Position numbers and translations under genes: made by a program
NCBI GenBank assembly: GCA_902544495.1
Contig: CACCCI010000002.1
Coordinates: forward strand, 10,311-74,310
DNA length: 64,000 nt
Source: an uncultured Prochlorococcus sp.
Lineage (GTDB): Bacteria; Cyanobacteriota; Cyanobacteriia; PCC-6307; Cyanobiaceae
Reading direction: 5' to 3'
Notes under the pieces: generated by a model
Database searches by the model: none
What the model was told of the DNA's origin: nothing
What the model saw: only the letters and a program-made list of their open reading frames with translations
Part shown: positions 33,710 through 45,373 of the stretch, in pieces
Position numbering within the stretch: position 1 is the first letter of the stretch
How the letters are laid out: each line of letters begins with the position of its first letter

Positions 33710-35460
33710 TGAAAAAATACAAGAAAATTGTTCGTCTATTACCTCTTGATCAAAGAAGATTTAAATTTCTCTATATTTTTAGCTTACTATTAATATTTTG
33801 TTTGTTTGGTAGGTTAGTAAAATTGCAAGTCTTTAACGCCTCTGATTTACAAAGAAAAGCTAGATTAATACAGTCTTCTAAAACTAATGCCTTAAAAAAA
33901 AGGAGAGCGATTGTTGATAGAAATTATAGACTAATTGCTTACGATAAACCGCTATATAAATTATGGGCCCATCCAAAATATTTTAATTTTCCTGGTGATT
34001 CAATTAACAGAGTTCGGAGTATTGAAGAAGTTGTAGAAAAATTGTCACCTATCTTGGATATAAATGGTGAAATACTCTTGAGTAAATTTAATAATAAAAT
34101 GAGTGGTATTAAGCTTTTGGATAAAATTTCTGAAGAAAAAGCAGAAAAAATTAAGAACCTTCAAATAAGCGGACTTGATTTGTTTAAATATTCGCAAAGA
34201 TATTATCCACAAGGGAAGCTTTACTCTAGTCTTGTCGGTTTTGTTAATGATGAGAATATAGCTTCAGCGGGTTTAGAGCTTCATTTAGATAATCAAATTA
34301 AAGTTTTTAATAAAAGTAATTTAATAAAAAGAGGAGGAGATGGAACTCCTCTACCGGATAATTCAGCGCCAGGTGATTTTATTTCTGATTACAAAAGTTT
34401 AGGACTAACTATAGATTCAAAATTACAGAAAGCGTCATTCAATGCATTATCAAAGCAAGTAAGCAAATGGAAAGCAAAGAAGGGATTTGCCATAGTTATG
34501 GATGTTAATAATGGTCGGATTCTCTCCTTGGTTTCAGTTCCGTCATATGATCCAAATAAATTTTGGCAGTATGATTCTGAACTCTTTAGGGGTTGGTATT
34601 CTCAAGATTTATTTGAGCCTGGTTCAACTTTTAAACCCATTAATCTTGCCTTAGCCTTAGAAGAAAAAGTAATTCAGAAAGATGGATTTGTCGAAGATAT
34701 TGGAAAAATTAATGTTGGAGGATGGACACTTTTTAATTGGGATAAAAAAGGTAATGGATATATTGACTATCCGAAAGTATTGCAGGTTTCAAGTAATGTT
34801 GGGATGGTAAAAATTATGCAAAATTTAGATCCCACAATTTATTGGGATTGGTTAAAAAATTTAGGTATAAATAAAAATTTAGAAACTGACTTATTTGAAT
34901 CAACTGCTGGCCAACTTAAGAGAAAAGATTTATTTGTAAATCAATCAATTGAGCCTGCTGTAACTTCTTTTGGTAAAGGGTTCTCAATCTCGCCACTTAA
35001 ATTGGTTCAACTTCATGCGGCTCTAGCAAATGGTGGTTTTGAAGTAATTCCTCATGTAACCTCAAATTTCAAAGAAAGAGTTAATAAAAATCCAAAAAAA
35101 CAATTTTTTTCACACGAAGTCTCTAAAACTGTTCTTGAATGGATGGAGAGCGTAGTTGAAGAAGGAAGTGGATCTGGAGTGAAAATCGAGGGTTATAGGA
35201 TAGCAGGGAAAACGGGCACTTCCCAAAAAGCCTCAAATGGTTCCTATACAAGTAAAAAAGTTTGCAGTTTTGTAGCGACCTTACCAGTTAATGATCCGAA
35301 ATATGCAGTCTTAGTAGTTGTTGATGAACCATCTAAATCTTATGCATATGGTTCAACTGTTGCCGTACCAGTTGCTAAAGAAATTATCGAAAGTTTAATA
35401 GTAATTGAAAAAATACCTCCCAAGATTAAAGATCATGGAATGATTGTTAAAAAACCCTAA
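33706..35460 (+). CDS. ftsI: Class B penicillin-binding protein (FtsI)
   Basis: IVDRN, RYYPQG, EPGSTFK, SSN, KTGT. Confidence 0.9.
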   Translation: MMKKYKKIVRLLPLDQRRFKFLYIFSLLLIFCLFGRLVKLQVFNASDLQRKARLIQSSKTNALKKRRAIVDRNYRLIAYDKPLYKLWAHPKYFNFPGDSINRVRSIEEVVEKLSPILDINGEILLSKFNNKMSGIKLLDKISEEKAEKIKNLQISGLDLFKYSQRYYPQGKLYSSLVGFVNDENIASAGLELHLDNQIKVFNKSNLIKRGGDGTPLPDNSAPGDFISDYKSLGLTIDSKLQKASFNALSKQVSKWKAKKGFAIVMDVNNGRILSLVSVPSYDPNKFWQYDSELFRGWYSQDLFEPGSTFKPINLALALEEKVIQKDGFVEDIGKINVGGWTLFNWDKKGNGYIDYPKVLQVSSNVGMVKIMQNLDPTIYWDWLKNLGINKNLETDLFESTAGQLKRKDLFVNQSIEPAVTSFGKGFSISPLKLVQLHAALANGGFEVIPHVTSNFKERVNKNPKKQFFSHEVSKTVLEWMESVVEEGSGSGVKIEGYRIAGKTGTSQKASNGSYTSKKVCSFVATLPVNDPKYAVLVVVDEPSKSYAYGSTVAVPVAKEIIESLIVIEKIPPKIKDHGMIVKKP

Positions 35461-35550
35461 AATTTTCCAATTTTATAAACATTTAGTTCATTATCTGATG
35501 ATTTCATCTGGAATAAAAGCTAGTTTATGTATATGTATGATTAACTAGAT

Positions 35551-36552
35551 ATGAAATCAATTTTAGAGCAATTGTCCTCAATGACCGTTGTTGTTGCTGA
35601 TACTGGAGATTTAGATTCGATAAAAAAATTTCAACCAAGGGACGCCACTACCAATCCATCGCTTATACTTGCTGCTGCTAAAAACCCTGATTATGTGAAA
35701 TTAATTGATAAAGCTTTAGAAAGTTCAGAAAATGCATTGCCCCAAGGATTCTCTGAAATTGAATTAATCAAAGAAACTGTTGATCAAGTTTCAGTATTTT
35801 TTGGAAAAGAAATATTGAAAATTATTTCAGGGCGCGTATCGACAGAAGTTGATGCAAGACTGAGCTTTGACACCAAAGCTACGGTAGAAAAAGCGAGAAA
35901 ATTGATCAATCTTTACAAAAATTTTGGAATTGAAAAGGAAAGAATTTTGATCAAGATTGCCGCAACCTGGGAGGGAATTAAGGCAGCTGAAATTTTGGAA
36001 AAAGAGGGTATCAAGTGCAATTTAACTTTACTTTTTAACTTCTGCCAAGCGGTGACTTGTGCCAATGCAAAAATAACTCTAATTTCCCCGTTCGTTGGCC
36101 GTATATTGGATTGGCATAAAGCAAAAACTGGTAAAACTAGTTTTGTTGGTGCTGAAGACCCTGGTGTTATTTCGGTTACACAAATATACAAGTACTTTAA
36201 AGAAAAGGGATTCAAGACAGAAGTAATGGGAGCAAGTTTTAGAAATCTTGATGAAATAAAAGAATTAGCAGGTTGCGATCTTTTAACAATCGCACCAAAA
36301 TTTCTTGAAGAACTGAAAAAAGAAAAAGGAGAGTTAGTTAGAAAATTAGATGTAAGTATCCAAATAAATAATTCTATTGACTACGAATTTGAAGAAAAAG
36401 ATTTCAGATTAAGTATGTTAGAAGATCAAATGGCAAGTGAAAAGCTTAGTGAAGGTATCACTGGATTCAGTAAGGCTATAGAAGAATTGGAAGAGCTGTT
36501 ACTAAAGAGATATTCAAAGATTAAAAATCATAAATTGATTTCTGCCAACTAA
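35551..36552 (+). CDS. tal: Transaldolase
   Basis: [32 protein letters not shown]. Confidence 0.97.
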   Translation: MKSILEQLSSMTVVVADTGDLDSIKKFQPRDATTNPSLILAAAKNPDYVKLIDKALESSENALPQGFSEIELIKETVDQVSVFFGKEILKIISGRVSTEVDARLSFDTKATVEKARKLINLYKNFGIEKERILIKIAATWEGIKAAEILEKEGIKCNLTLLFNFCQAVTCANAKITLISPFVGRILDWHKAKTGKTSFVGAEDPGVISVTQIYKYFKEKGFKTEVMGASFRNLDEIKELAGCDLLTIAPKFLEELKKEKGELVRKLDVSIQINNSIDYEFEEKDFRLSMLEDQMASEKLSEGITGFSKAIEELEELLLKRYSKIKNHKLISAN

Positions 36553-36576
36553 ATTTAAGTTTGAATTGAAAAAGAG

Positions 36577-37710
36577 TTAAGTTCCACTTTTTGTTAAAAG
36601 TCTTCTAATAACTCTTTTTGCAATATCTTCATAACTCATTTCTCCTGATAATATTTGAGCAATACGTTTAGGTGCTGTTTTTCTTTTGACACCTAATTGG
36701 TATCCAGTCCTAGGAAATCTATAAAATACTTGGGCTATTCTCTTACCCCAAACCATTGATTTACCCCAAATGTTGTTAATTTTTTTCGTATAAAGATTTA
36801 AATCATCTACTTTTCCTGATAGGCACTGATCTATGTATTCTGCAGCATAAAAACTGCTAATTAAAGAAGGTCTAATTCCTTCAGCTAAAAAAGGATCACA
36901 TAGAGATGCTGCATCTCCAACCGCTAAAACTTTGTCACCATTAATTGAGTGGAAGCCATTCCATATTCTCAGTTTCTTACTAATTGTTTTATGAGGAAAA
37001 TCATCAAAACCGAAGCTTCTGATAACTTGTTGATTTATATCCTGATTTTCTAAAAGACCATTATTTATAAAAGTACCTAAACCAATATTTAAGCTTTCTT
37101 TTAAGGGGAATGCCCATGCAAAACCATATTTTATAAATCCAAACTCAAATCTAACTGCATCTCTAGGTATTTCACCTAACCCTTTTAATCTTAATGAGAA
37201 TGTGTTCGCAAATTTAGGTTTTCTTGGCCCTAAATTAAAATAACTCACCCATTTCGATTGGGATCCATCTGCAATTACAAGAAATTCTGTAATATATTTT
37301 ATGTTGTTATTGCAAGTAATTTCCCATTTATCATTTTTTTTTATGATTTTTTTTATAAGTAATGGTCTCATTATCTGGGCTCCATTACTCAAGGATTCAT
37401 CAAGTAATAATTGATCTAGTTTTTCTCTTTTAACAATCCAAAATGGGGATTCACCAGTCAGATCAGCAGTTACATTATCTGCAGCTTTCCATCTGAATTC
37501 AACATTCTTGATTTTTGATTCTATGCAATCTTCTATATTTAGAGGAAGAAATTTTTGCATTGAAGATGCCATTCCACCTGCACATGGTTTGTAATCTTGG
37601 AATTTTTCTTTTTCAATAATTAAAACTGAATATCCTTTCTTTGATAAGTTAAGAGCGGTAGAAGATCCTGACAAACCTCCACCAATTATTACAACATCAA
37701 ATCCTATCAA
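36577..37710 (-). CDS. Geranylgeranyl reductase-family FAD oxidoreductase
   Basis: [31 protein letters not shown]. Confidence 0.85.
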   Translation of the reverse strand: MIGFDVVIIGGGLSGSSTALNLSKKGYSVLIIEKEKFQDYKPCAGGMASSMQKFLPLNIEDCIESKIKNVEFRWKAADNVTADLTGESPFWIVKREKLDQLLLDESLSNGAQIMRPLLIKKIIKKNDKWEITCNNNIKYITEFLVIADGSQSKWVSYFNLGPRKPKFANTFSLRLKGLGEIPRDAVRFEFGFIKYGFAWAFPLKESLNIGLGTFINNGLLENQDINQQVIRSFGFDDFPHKTISKKLRIWNGFHSINGDKVLAVGDAASLCDPFLAEGIRPSLISSFYAAEYIDQCLSGKVDDLNLYTKKINNIWGKSMVWGKRIAQVFYRFPRTGYQLGVKRKTAPKRIAQILSGEMSYEDIAKRVIRRLLTKSGT

Positions 37711-38255
37711 ACTTTTAGAATTTCCTTCTCTTTTTCAGACAATTTAGTTTCTATTAAGGCAATATATTTATCAGTAATTTTCTGAATTTCAGATTGATTA
37801 TCTCTCGATTCGTCAATAGAAATAAGGCCATCTTTTTCGTCTTTTTTTTCTTTATCAACAGCATCTCTTCTGATATTTCTCAAAGCTACTTTTCCTTCCT
37901 CTGCATATTTAGAGGCTAATTTACAAAATTCTTTTCTTCTTTCTTCTGTTAAAGGAGGAACATTTATTCTTATTACTTTCCCATCATTATTTGGAGTAAT
38001 ACCTAAATCACTCATAGAAATAGATTTCTCTATCGCTTGTAAACATGAAATATCAAAAGGTTGTATTGAAATTGTTTGCGAATCAACAGTGCTTATAGTG
38101 GCAAGCGATTTGATTGGTGTTTCTGCTCCGTAGTACTCAACACTTACTCTATCTAACAAGGAAGCATTAGCTCTTCCTGTCCTAATTGTATTAAAGTTTC
38201 TTTGTGTTGCTTCAATACTTTTATTCATATTTTCTTGAATTTCTTTTTCTTTCAT
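37707..38255 (-). CDS. frr: Ribosome recycling factor
   Basis: [23 protein letters not shown]. Confidence 0.97.
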   Translation of the reverse strand: MKEKEIQENMNKSIEATQRNFNTIRTGRANASLLDRVSVEYYGAETPIKSLATISTVDSQTISIQPFDISCLQAIEKSISMSDLGITPNNDGKVIRINVPPLTEERRKEFCKLASKYAEEGKVALRNIRRDAVDKEKKDEKDGLISIDESRDNQSEIQKITDKYIALIETKLSEKEKEILKV

Positions 38256-38277
38256 AATTAAAAAAATTAAATGATCT

Positions 38278-38982
38278 TTAACTAATTAAAGAGCCTATTG
38301 GCTCACCAGCAACAGCTTTAGAAATGTTCCCTTTTTTGAATATATCAAAAACCATAATTGGGATATTATTATCTTTGCAAAGTGCAATCGCAGTACTGTC
38401 CATTACTGCAATTTCATCACTAAGAACTTGTTGATAACTTAGAGAGGAATATTTTTTTGCATCTTTAAATTGATTAGGATCACGATCGTATACTCCATCA
38501 ACTTTAGTAGCCTTCATAACAACTTCAGCGTTTATCTCTGCTGCCCTCAAAGCTGCCGTAGTATCAGTTGTAAAAAATGGATTTCCGCATCCACCTCCGA
38601 AAACTACAACTCTACCTTTTTCAAGATGCCTCATGGCTCTTCTTCTGATGTAGGGTTCGGCAATTTCCTGCATTTCGATTGCTGTTTGGACTCTGGTTGC
38701 AACTCCTACTCTTTCAAGACCATCTTGAAGTGAAATTGCATTCATTACTGTTGCTAACATTCCTACATAATCAGCCGTCGCGCGATCCATTCCATCTGCA
38801 GATCCTTTAAGACCCCTAAAAATGTTTCCACCACCAACAACTATTGCAAGTTGTACATTATTTTCGACTACTTTTGAAACATCCTCTGCAATTGACTGAA
38901 CTATAGCAGGATCGATACCATATGGTTTTTCACCCATTAGTGCTTCACCACTAAGTTTTAAGAGAACTCTTTTGTAAGTCAT
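38278..38982 (-). CDS. pyrH: UMP kinase
   Basis: [23 protein letters not shown]. Confidence 0.97.
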   Translation of the reverse strand: MTYKRVLLKLSGEALMGEKPYGIDPAIVQSIAEDVSKVVENNVQLAIVVGGGNIFRGLKGSADGMDRATADYVGMLATVMNAISLQDGLERVGVATRVQTAIEMQEIAEPYIRRRAMRHLEKGRVVVFGGGCGNPFFTTDTTAALRAAEINAEVVMKATKVDGVYDRDPNQFKDAKKYSSLSYQQVLSDEIAVMDSTAIALCKDNNIPIMVFDIFKKGNISKAVAGEPIGSLIS

Positions 38983-39109
38983 TCAATGATTCTACTTTTA
39001 AGACCTTAGCAAGTAAATGCACCAAATTTATTTTTTGTTCAGATATTGCTTGCGTCTTTAAACATTTCTAAACCTGCCTAAAGAAAATTTAAATAATAAT
39101 TTACTTCAA

Positions 39110-39802
39110 CTAAAATTCAACACACTTTTGTGCTTTTATTCCTTGTTCTTTAAATGGATGTCTTATTAGTTTCATTTCTGTAACTAGATCAGCGTAATTG
39201 ATAATTGAATCAGATGCTCCCCTTCCAGTTAAAACAATATGATTTTTTCTATTATTTAAGCTTTTTAAAAAAGTGATTATTTCTTCGGGTGCAAGATAAC
39301 CAAGTTTTGTCGCAATATTAATTTCATCAAGAATGATAAGTTTATAAGATTCGTTTTTTATGTATTCTTTGGCTAGTTGCCAGGCCTCCTGAACTAATTT
39401 TTCATCTCTTATTCTATCTTGTGTTTCCCACGTAAATCCCTCTCCTAATGAATGCCAAGATATGTTTGAAGACAAGTTTTTAAGTGCTTTTTCTTCTCCA
39501 GTGGTCCAGCCTCCTTTGATAAATTGAATTATAGCTACTTTATAGCCATGCCCTATCGTTCTTAAAGCCATACCTAAAGATGCAGTTGTCTTGCCCTTGC
39601 CATTTCCTGTAAAAACAATCAATAATCCTTTTTTTGTTTTTCTAATTTGTAGTCTTTCGGCTTGAATATCTTTTCTTTTCTGCATTCTTTTTTTATATGA
39701 GCTCTCATCGCCATCAGGTGATAATTTACCTCCCATTCCAAGTTTATTTGCTTGATTATCGAGGTTTAATATTTTCTCTGAAGATGGAGGTTTTTCTTGC
39801 AT
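39110..39802 (-). CDS. cobO: Cob(I)yrinic acid a,c-diamide adenosyltransferase
   Basis: GNGKGKTT, QFIKG, LDEIN, LTGR. Confidence 0.95.
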   Translation of the reverse strand: MQEKPPSSEKILNLDNQANKLGMGGKLSPDGDESSYKKRMQKRKDIQAERLQIRKTKKGLLIVFTGNGKGKTTASLGMALRTIGHGYKVAIIQFIKGGWTTGEEKALKNLSSNISWHSLGEGFTWETQDRIRDEKLVQEAWQLAKEYIKNESYKLIILDEINIATKLGYLAPEEIITFLKSLNNRKNHIVLTGRGASDSIINYADLVTEMKLIRHPFKEQGIKAQKCVEF

Positions 39803-39836
39803 ATGACCCTTGTTTTTATTTAATTATTATAAATCT

Positions 39837-41006
39837 TTAAATATTTTTAACTCTTTTAACTTTTAAAAGGGCATTATTTACTGCCTGTTGTTGATCTCTT
39901 TTAGTAATCCAGTGGTGATAAGTTTGAGTATGTAAACTAACTGAATGCCCCATCATTCTGGCAGCCACAGTATCAGGCAAATCATAAAAAATTGTTCTTA
40001 CTGCCCAAGCATGCCTCAGATCATAAGGTTTTATTTGTAAAGAGTAACGCTTAAATTGGTCTGTAATTTTTTTTCCAATATTCTGTAAGGTTGTAACTCT
40101 AAGATCTCTATTAATATTTGGTAAAAGTTCTGGATTTTCTCCAAGTTTTGATAATTCGAACTTTTCCACCCATTCAGGATGAAATGGCCAAACTTGATGT
40201 TCCCCAGTTTTAGTCGTAGGCAAAACTCTTATAATTTTGTCCCCAAAATTAGTAAGAGAACTAAAATCACAAAAAAATACTTCATGATTCCTTAATCCAT
40301 AAGTAGCCATCAGACCAAAAACAAATTTCCAAGACTTGTTTGGTATCTTCTCCCACAGTGTCTCTATTAATTCGTCATTAGGTAATTCCCTGAATCCGGC
40401 TTTGTTCAGACCATATCCTCTAGAGTTTAATTTCCAATTTTCTGGTAGTTTAATGTCCAAAAACTTAGCCAAAACACTTAAAGAAGTGGCGCATTGTTTC
40501 CTACTTCTGGTACCTTCCTTATAACTTTCAAGTGTTTTTTGAAATATTTTTTCTAAATCTGCATTTTCATACTCATTGTAAATATTTAAGATTCTTTTCA
40601 TATATGGTTTGTAGGAACTTCTCCAAGTAGTTTTTCTAGTGCTGGTTCGAAAATCACTCTTATTTTCTTTAAAAAAAAATTCCTCAAATTGATTTAATCT
40701 TTTTGGAAATTCAAAACCATCTTTTATTACCTTTTTATAAGGTTTGCCAATCCAATTAATCCAATCAAATTGATTCAATTCCAATTGCAAATTGATTAAT
40801 TGTAATTTTTTTTTGGCTTCCTCTAATCCATAAATATCAGCCTTTAAGCCAAGAGATATTCTTTGAATTTTAAAGTTATTGTTATCTTCTTTGGAGGGTA
40901 GTGAACCACGAATATTTAATTTCTCTCCTCTTTTCTCAATCTTAAGCTTGCTGCCTTGAGTAGCAAATTTATCATTGACATTATTAATTTCCTGAATTAC
41001 GTTCAT
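39837..41006 (-). CDS. Orphan tyrosine recombinase/integrase
   Basis: YGLRNHE, TKTG, YDLRH, MMGH, catalytic-type Tyr in TQTYHHW. Confidence 0.9.
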   Translation of the reverse strand: MNVIQEINNVNDKFATQGSKLKIEKRGEKLNIRGSLPSKEDNNNFKIQRISLGLKADIYGLEEAKKKLQLINLQLELNQFDWINWIGKPYKKVIKDGFEFPKRLNQFEEFFFKENKSDFRTSTRKTTWRSSYKPYMKRILNIYNEYENADLEKIFQKTLESYKEGTRSRKQCATSLSVLAKFLDIKLPENWKLNSRGYGLNKAGFRELPNDELIETLWEKIPNKSWKFVFGLMATYGLRNHEVFFCDFSSLTNFGDKIIRVLPTTKTGEHQVWPFHPEWVEKFELSKLGENPELLPNINRDLRVTTLQNIGKKITDQFKRYSLQIKPYDLRHAWAVRTIFYDLPDTVAARMMGHSVSLHTQTYHHWITKRDQQQAVNNALLKVKRVKNI

Positions 41007-41071
41007 TTACTTATATAATTGACCATATAATGACGTTTTTAATGTTGATTTTCAATCTTCATAAGTTTTAA

Positions 41072-42247
41072 ATGGATAAAATAGGCGTCTTACTAATGAA
41101 TTTAGGAGGGCCTGAACGCATTACTGATGTCGGCCCATTCTTATACAATCTTTTTTCTGATCCAGAAATTATCAGAACACCTTTCCCTTTTTTTCAAAAA
41201 CCCCTAGCATGGTTAATTAGCACGCTTAGGAGTAGTACTTCACAACAGGCCTACCTTTCCATAGGTGGGGGTTCACCTATAAGAAGGATAACTGAACAAC
41301 AAGCAAGAGAATTACAATCTAAATTAAGGGACAAGGGATTTAATGCCACTACCTACATTGCTATGAGGTATTGGCATCCTTTTACCGAATCAGCAATTGC
41401 TGATATGAAAGCAGATGGCATAGATCAAGTTGTTGTAATACCTTTGTATCCGCATTTTTCGATAAGTACTAGTGGTTCGAGCTTTAGAGAGTTAAAAAAA
41501 TTGCGGGATTCTGATGATGAATTTAAGAAGGTTCCAATGAGATGTGTAAGGAGTTGGTTCAGTCAATCAGGTTATTTAAAGTCTATGGTCGAATTAATTT
41601 CTGAACAGATTTCACTTTGTGACTCACCTTCAAAAGCCCATATATTTTTCACTGCCCATGGAGTCCCTAAGAGTTACGTAGAGGAAGCTGGAGACCCTTA
41701 CAAACAACAAATTGAGGATTGTTCTTTATTAATTATAAATGAACTGGAAAAATGTTTAGGTCATAGTAACCCTTATACACTTTCTTATCAAAGTAGAGTT
41801 GGTCCTGTTGAATGGTTGAAGCCTTATACAGAAGAAGTTTTAGCTGATCTTGGAAGATCAAATATAAATGATCTGATTGTGGTTCCTATAAGTTTCGTCG
41901 GAGAGCATATCGAAACATTGCAAGAAATTGATATTGAATATAAAGAAATTGCTGAAAAGGCTGGTATTAAAAACTTTCGAAGAGTTAAGGCTCTAAATAC
42001 TCATCCTACTTTTATTGAAGGTCTTAGTGATCTAGTGATTTCCTGCTTGGAAGGGCCTCTAGTTAATATAGAGGAGGCTTCTCAGTTGCCTGAAAAAGTT
42101 AAACTTTATCCTCAGGAGAAGTGGCAATGGGGTTGGAATAATAGTTCAGAGGTGTGGAACGGGAGGGTTGCAATGATTATTTTTCTTGTGCTTTTTATTG
42201 AACTTATTTCAGGCTCAGGACCTCTACATAAATTAGGAATCCTATAA
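41072..42247 (+). CDS. hemH: Ferrochelatase with C-terminal CAB domain
   Basis: [25 protein letters not shown]; [12 protein letters not shown] motif. Confidence 0.97.
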   Translation: MDKIGVLLMNLGGPERITDVGPFLYNLFSDPEIIRTPFPFFQKPLAWLISTLRSSTSQQAYLSIGGGSPIRRITEQQARELQSKLRDKGFNATTYIAMRYWHPFTESAIADMKADGIDQVVVIPLYPHFSISTSGSSFRELKKLRDSDDEFKKVPMRCVRSWFSQSGYLKSMVELISEQISLCDSPSKAHIFFTAHGVPKSYVEEAGDPYKQQIEDCSLLIINELEKCLGHSNPYTLSYQSRVGPVEWLKPYTEEVLADLGRSNINDLIVVPISFVGEHIETLQEIDIEYKEIAEKAGIKNFRRVKALNTHPTFIEGLSDLVISCLEGPLVNIEEASQLPEKVKLYPQEKWQWGWNNSSEVWNGRVAMIIFLVLFIELISGSGPLHKLGIL

Positions 42248-42382
42248 AAAAAATTGATATTTATTTGAAAATTTTTAATTTTTTAAAAGTTTTTTTTGAA
42301 TACATTTCTGACATTACATTTCTAAATGAGGCAAAAGTATTTAATTGAGTTTAATATTTATATTAAATATTGAATTTTTTTA

Positions 42383-44146
42383 GTGACCCTTACTTCGAGA
42401 TCCTTTTCAAAGGGTAGTTCAAAAAATGAAAATCCAGCTTGGATAACTGGTGCAGATGCACTAATGGATTCTTTAAAAATTCATGGAGTCAAAGTTATAT
42501 TTGGATATCCAGGGGGAGCCATACTTCCAATATATGACTCTGTTCATAAGGCAGAACAAGATGGTTGGTTAAAGCACTATATGGTTAGGCATGAACAAGG
42601 TGGTTCACATGCGGCTGATGGATATGCAAGATCTACTGGTGAAGTAGGAGTATGTTTTGGAACCTCAGGCCCAGGCGCAACAAATTTGGTAACTGGAATT
42701 GCCACTGCGCAAATGGATTCAGTCCCTCTTGTTGTAGTTACAGGTCAAGTCCCAAGATCTGCTATAGGGACAGACGCTTTTCAAGAAACTGATATTTTTG
42801 GTATAACTCTTCCAATAGTGAAACATTCATGGGTAATCAGGGATCCTTCAGATATTGCGAAAGTAGTTTCTGAAGCTTTTTTTATAGCCTCATCCGGAAG
42901 GCCTGGCCCTGTTTTAATTGATATACCCAAAGATGTAGGTCAGGAGTTTTTTAATTACCAAAGAGTTTTGCCTGGTGAGATTATTCCTAAGGGATTTAAA
43001 AGGAATGGAGAAATTAATGATTGCGATATCAACAAAGCAATTAAATTAATTGAAGACTCTGAAAGACCTCTTCTATACGTAGGAGGTGGGGCAATATCTT
43101 CAGGAGCTCATAATGAAATAAAAACTTTAGCAAAAAATTATCAAATACCAGTTACAACAACCTTAATGGGGAAAGGTGCTTTTGATGAAAAAGACAATTT
43201 ATCAGTAGGGATGTTAGGAATGCATGGAACTGCTTATGCAAATTTTGCTGTAACAGAATGCGATCTTCTAATTGCTATTGGAGCTAGATTTGATGATAGG
43301 GTGACAGGAAAATTAGATACTTTTGCACCTAATGCAAAGGTAATCCATATAGATATAGACCCAGCAGAAGTTAATAAAAATAGACGTGTAGATGTTGCAA
43401 TTGTTGCTGATGTTTCAAAAGCTGTTCTACAAATTAATGAACAATCTCTAAAAAACAAATTTACTTGTCAGACAAAAAACTGGTTAGAAAAAATTGATTT
43501 TTGGAAACATAAACACCCTTTATATGACCCGCCTAAAGAAGGAGAAATTTATCCTCAGGAAGTTCTTTTAAAAGTGAGGGAACTTTCACCAGAAGCTTAT
43601 ATAACAACAGATGTAGGACAACATCAGATGTGGGCTGCTCAATATCTTAGGAATTCTCCAAGAAAATGGATTAGTAGTGCAGGATTAGGAACTATGGGTT
43701 TTGGATTACCTGCGGCAATTGGAGTAAAAGCAGCTTTACCTAATTCAGATGTAATTTGTATTGCAGGAGATGCAAGTGTCTTGATGAATATTCAAGAATT
43801 AGGAACCTTATCTCAATATGGCCTAAATGTGAAATTGATTATTATCAATAATCGCTGGCAAGGGATGGTAAGACAATGGCAGGAAAGTTTCTATGATGAA
43901 AGATATTCCTCATCTGATATGAGTTGTGGTGAACCTGATTTTGTAAAACTTGCAGAGTCTTTTGGAGTTAAAGGATACTTAATTTCTGATAGAAAACAAT
44001 TACAGAATGAATTTAAAAATGCGCTTCATCATGACGGCCCTGCTTTGATTAATATCCTTGTCAGAAGAGGTGAAAATTGTTATCCAATGGTTCCTCCTGG
44101 TAAAAGTAATGCTCAAATGGTTGGATATGTTAATTGTGAAGGCTAA
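42383..44146 (+). CDS. ilvB: Acetolactate synthase large subunit
   Basis: [31 protein letters not shown]. Confidence 0.96.
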   Translation: MTLTSRSFSKGSSKNENPAWITGADALMDSLKIHGVKVIFGYPGGAILPIYDSVHKAEQDGWLKHYMVRHEQGGSHAADGYARSTGEVGVCFGTSGPGATNLVTGIATAQMDSVPLVVVTGQVPRSAIGTDAFQETDIFGITLPIVKHSWVIRDPSDIAKVVSEAFFIASSGRPGPVLIDIPKDVGQEFFNYQRVLPGEIIPKGFKRNGEINDCDINKAIKLIEDSERPLLYVGGGAISSGAHNEIKTLAKNYQIPVTTTLMGKGAFDEKDNLSVGMLGMHGTAYANFAVTECDLLIAIGARFDDRVTGKLDTFAPNAKVIHIDIDPAEVNKNRRVDVAIVADVSKAVLQINEQSLKNKFTCQTKNWLEKIDFWKHKHPLYDPPKEGEIYPQEVLLKVRELSPEAYITTDVGQHQMWAAQYLRNSPRKWISSAGLGTMGFGLPAAIGVKAALPNSDVICIAGDASVLMNIQELGTLSQYGLNVKLIIINNRWQGMVRQWQESFYDERYSSSDMSCGEPDFVKLAESFGVKGYLISDRKQLQNEFKNALHHDGPALINILVRRGENCYPMVPPGKSNAQMVGYVNCEG

Positions 44147-44211
44147 TTTTCAAAATTCGTCATTTTAAAAAATTAACTTTAAGATAATTTAAAAACTTAG
44201 ATATTTCTGAA

Positions 44212-44562
44212 TTGAAAAAATTATCAAAAATTTTAATTTTAATCTGTTTGATTTTTCTTAATCCTGTAATAGTAAATTCGGCAGAAATTCTTCAAATTAA
44301 AAGTTCAAATACTATTTTGGTGGGTGATCAAAATAGAAATTTAACTATTGGATTATTTTGTGTAGATGTAAATGAAAATAATGAGAATGAAGCAACTAAT
44401 TTACTTAAGAGTGAATTCCCAAGGGGGAGCAAAGTGAAAATTAAGCCTTTTGGTTTCAAAGAGAATGTTTTGTTAGCCAAAGTTTTTAATATTAAAGGTA
44501 CTAAGGAGATGACGGAATTATTGGTTGCTAAAAACTTAAGTAGTGAAATTTGTCCAGGTTAA
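44212..44562 (+). CDS. Exported SNase/thermonuclease-like OB-fold protein
   Basis: Signal peptide; ILQIKSSNTILV...IGLFCVD...LLAKVF...LLVAKNL follows the SNase pattern. Confidence 0.55.
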   Translation: MKKLSKILILICLIFLNPVIVNSAEILQIKSSNTILVGDQNRNLTIGLFCVDVNENNENEATNLLKSEFPRGSKVKIKPFGFKENVLLAKVFNIKGTKEMTELLVAKNLSSEICPG

Positions 44563-44568
44563 TTATCT

Positions 44569-45351
44569 TTATGAGCAAATAAGATTCCATTGTCTCAAGA
44601 TTGTTTTGCTCCTTCTCCAGGAATAAAATTCATTATTGAATTTGTATGTGCATAAATTTGAGATATCTATATTTGTATGAGGAATGTTCTCATTTAAAAG
44701 TTGTCTATAGGCAGATCTTTTTAAATCAAGTTGATTTAAGTTTCGCTCTCTGAAGTGATTTGAATCAATAAAACAAAGATCTTTTTTAGTTTTAGTCAAT
44801 TTGACAGTTATGTTTTTGTTTTCGGCCTTTCTATAAAATTCTTTGAATGTTATTTTATCAACTAGGTAATGTTCTTTGGAAATCGCTGGTCCTATTGCAA
44901 CAAGTAAGTCATCCCTAGATGTACCAAAAGTATCGAAAATTTTTACCAGATTTTTTATGATTTTTTTTTCTAAACCTTTTCTTCCACAATGCAAGGTTGC
45001 TACATTTCTTGTCCTTTTATCTGCAAAAAATATTGGCATACAATCAGCTGTGTAAACCCATAAGTTTTGACTGCTTTTATTGCCAATAAGACCATCGGCA
45101 TAATTCCTAGTTCCTGTTTGCGAATGAGATCCAAAGACAATCACATTACTGTGAATTTGATTGGAAACACAATTTATAGAATTTTCATTAAAGTGATTCC
45201 CTAATAATTGAAGAAATTTCTCAGAGAAAGACTTCGTGAAGTAGGCATGTTTGAAATTATTTTGACTAAGAATAGGTGATAAATAATACTCAAATTTTTT
45301 GTTTTGAATATAAATTTCATCTTTTGAGAAATTTATTTCTTTGTAAGGAAT
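44569..45351 (-). CDS. pgeF: PgeF/YfiH (laccase-domain) protein, probable ATT start at 45351
   Basis: ADG, TADCMP, HCG, IGPAI, CT, FYSWRR; frame stays open upstream of the GTG at 45144 and includes NQIHS and HAYFTK. Confidence 0.85.
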   Translation of the reverse strand: MPYKEINFSKDEIYIQNKKFEYYLSPILSQNNFKHAYFTKSFSEKFLQLLGNHFNENSINCVSNQIHSNVIVFGSHSQTGTRNYADGLIGNKSSQNLWVYTADCMPIFFADKRTRNVATLHCGRKGLEKKIIKNLVKIFDTFGTSRDDLLVAIGPAISKEHYLVDKITFKEFYRKAENKNITVKLTKTKKDLCFIDSNHFRERNLNQLDLKRSAYRQLLNENIPHTNIDISNLCTYKFNNEFYSWRRSKTILRQWNLICS

Positions 45352-45373
45352 AGTTCCTGCTCCTAAACTGAAT

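Noticed and set aside
39110-42247. Prophage or genomic island around the integrase
   Set aside because: Flanked tightly by cobO and hemH; no att repeats, tRNA, cargo or composition shift
42128-42247. Chlorophyll-binding (CAB) motif fused to ferrochelatase
   Set aside because: Known for cyanobacterial and plastid ferrochelatases
44569-45351. pgeF as a truncated pseudogene
   Set aside because: Frame is uninterrupted with family motifs upstream of the called start; a non-canonical start explains it
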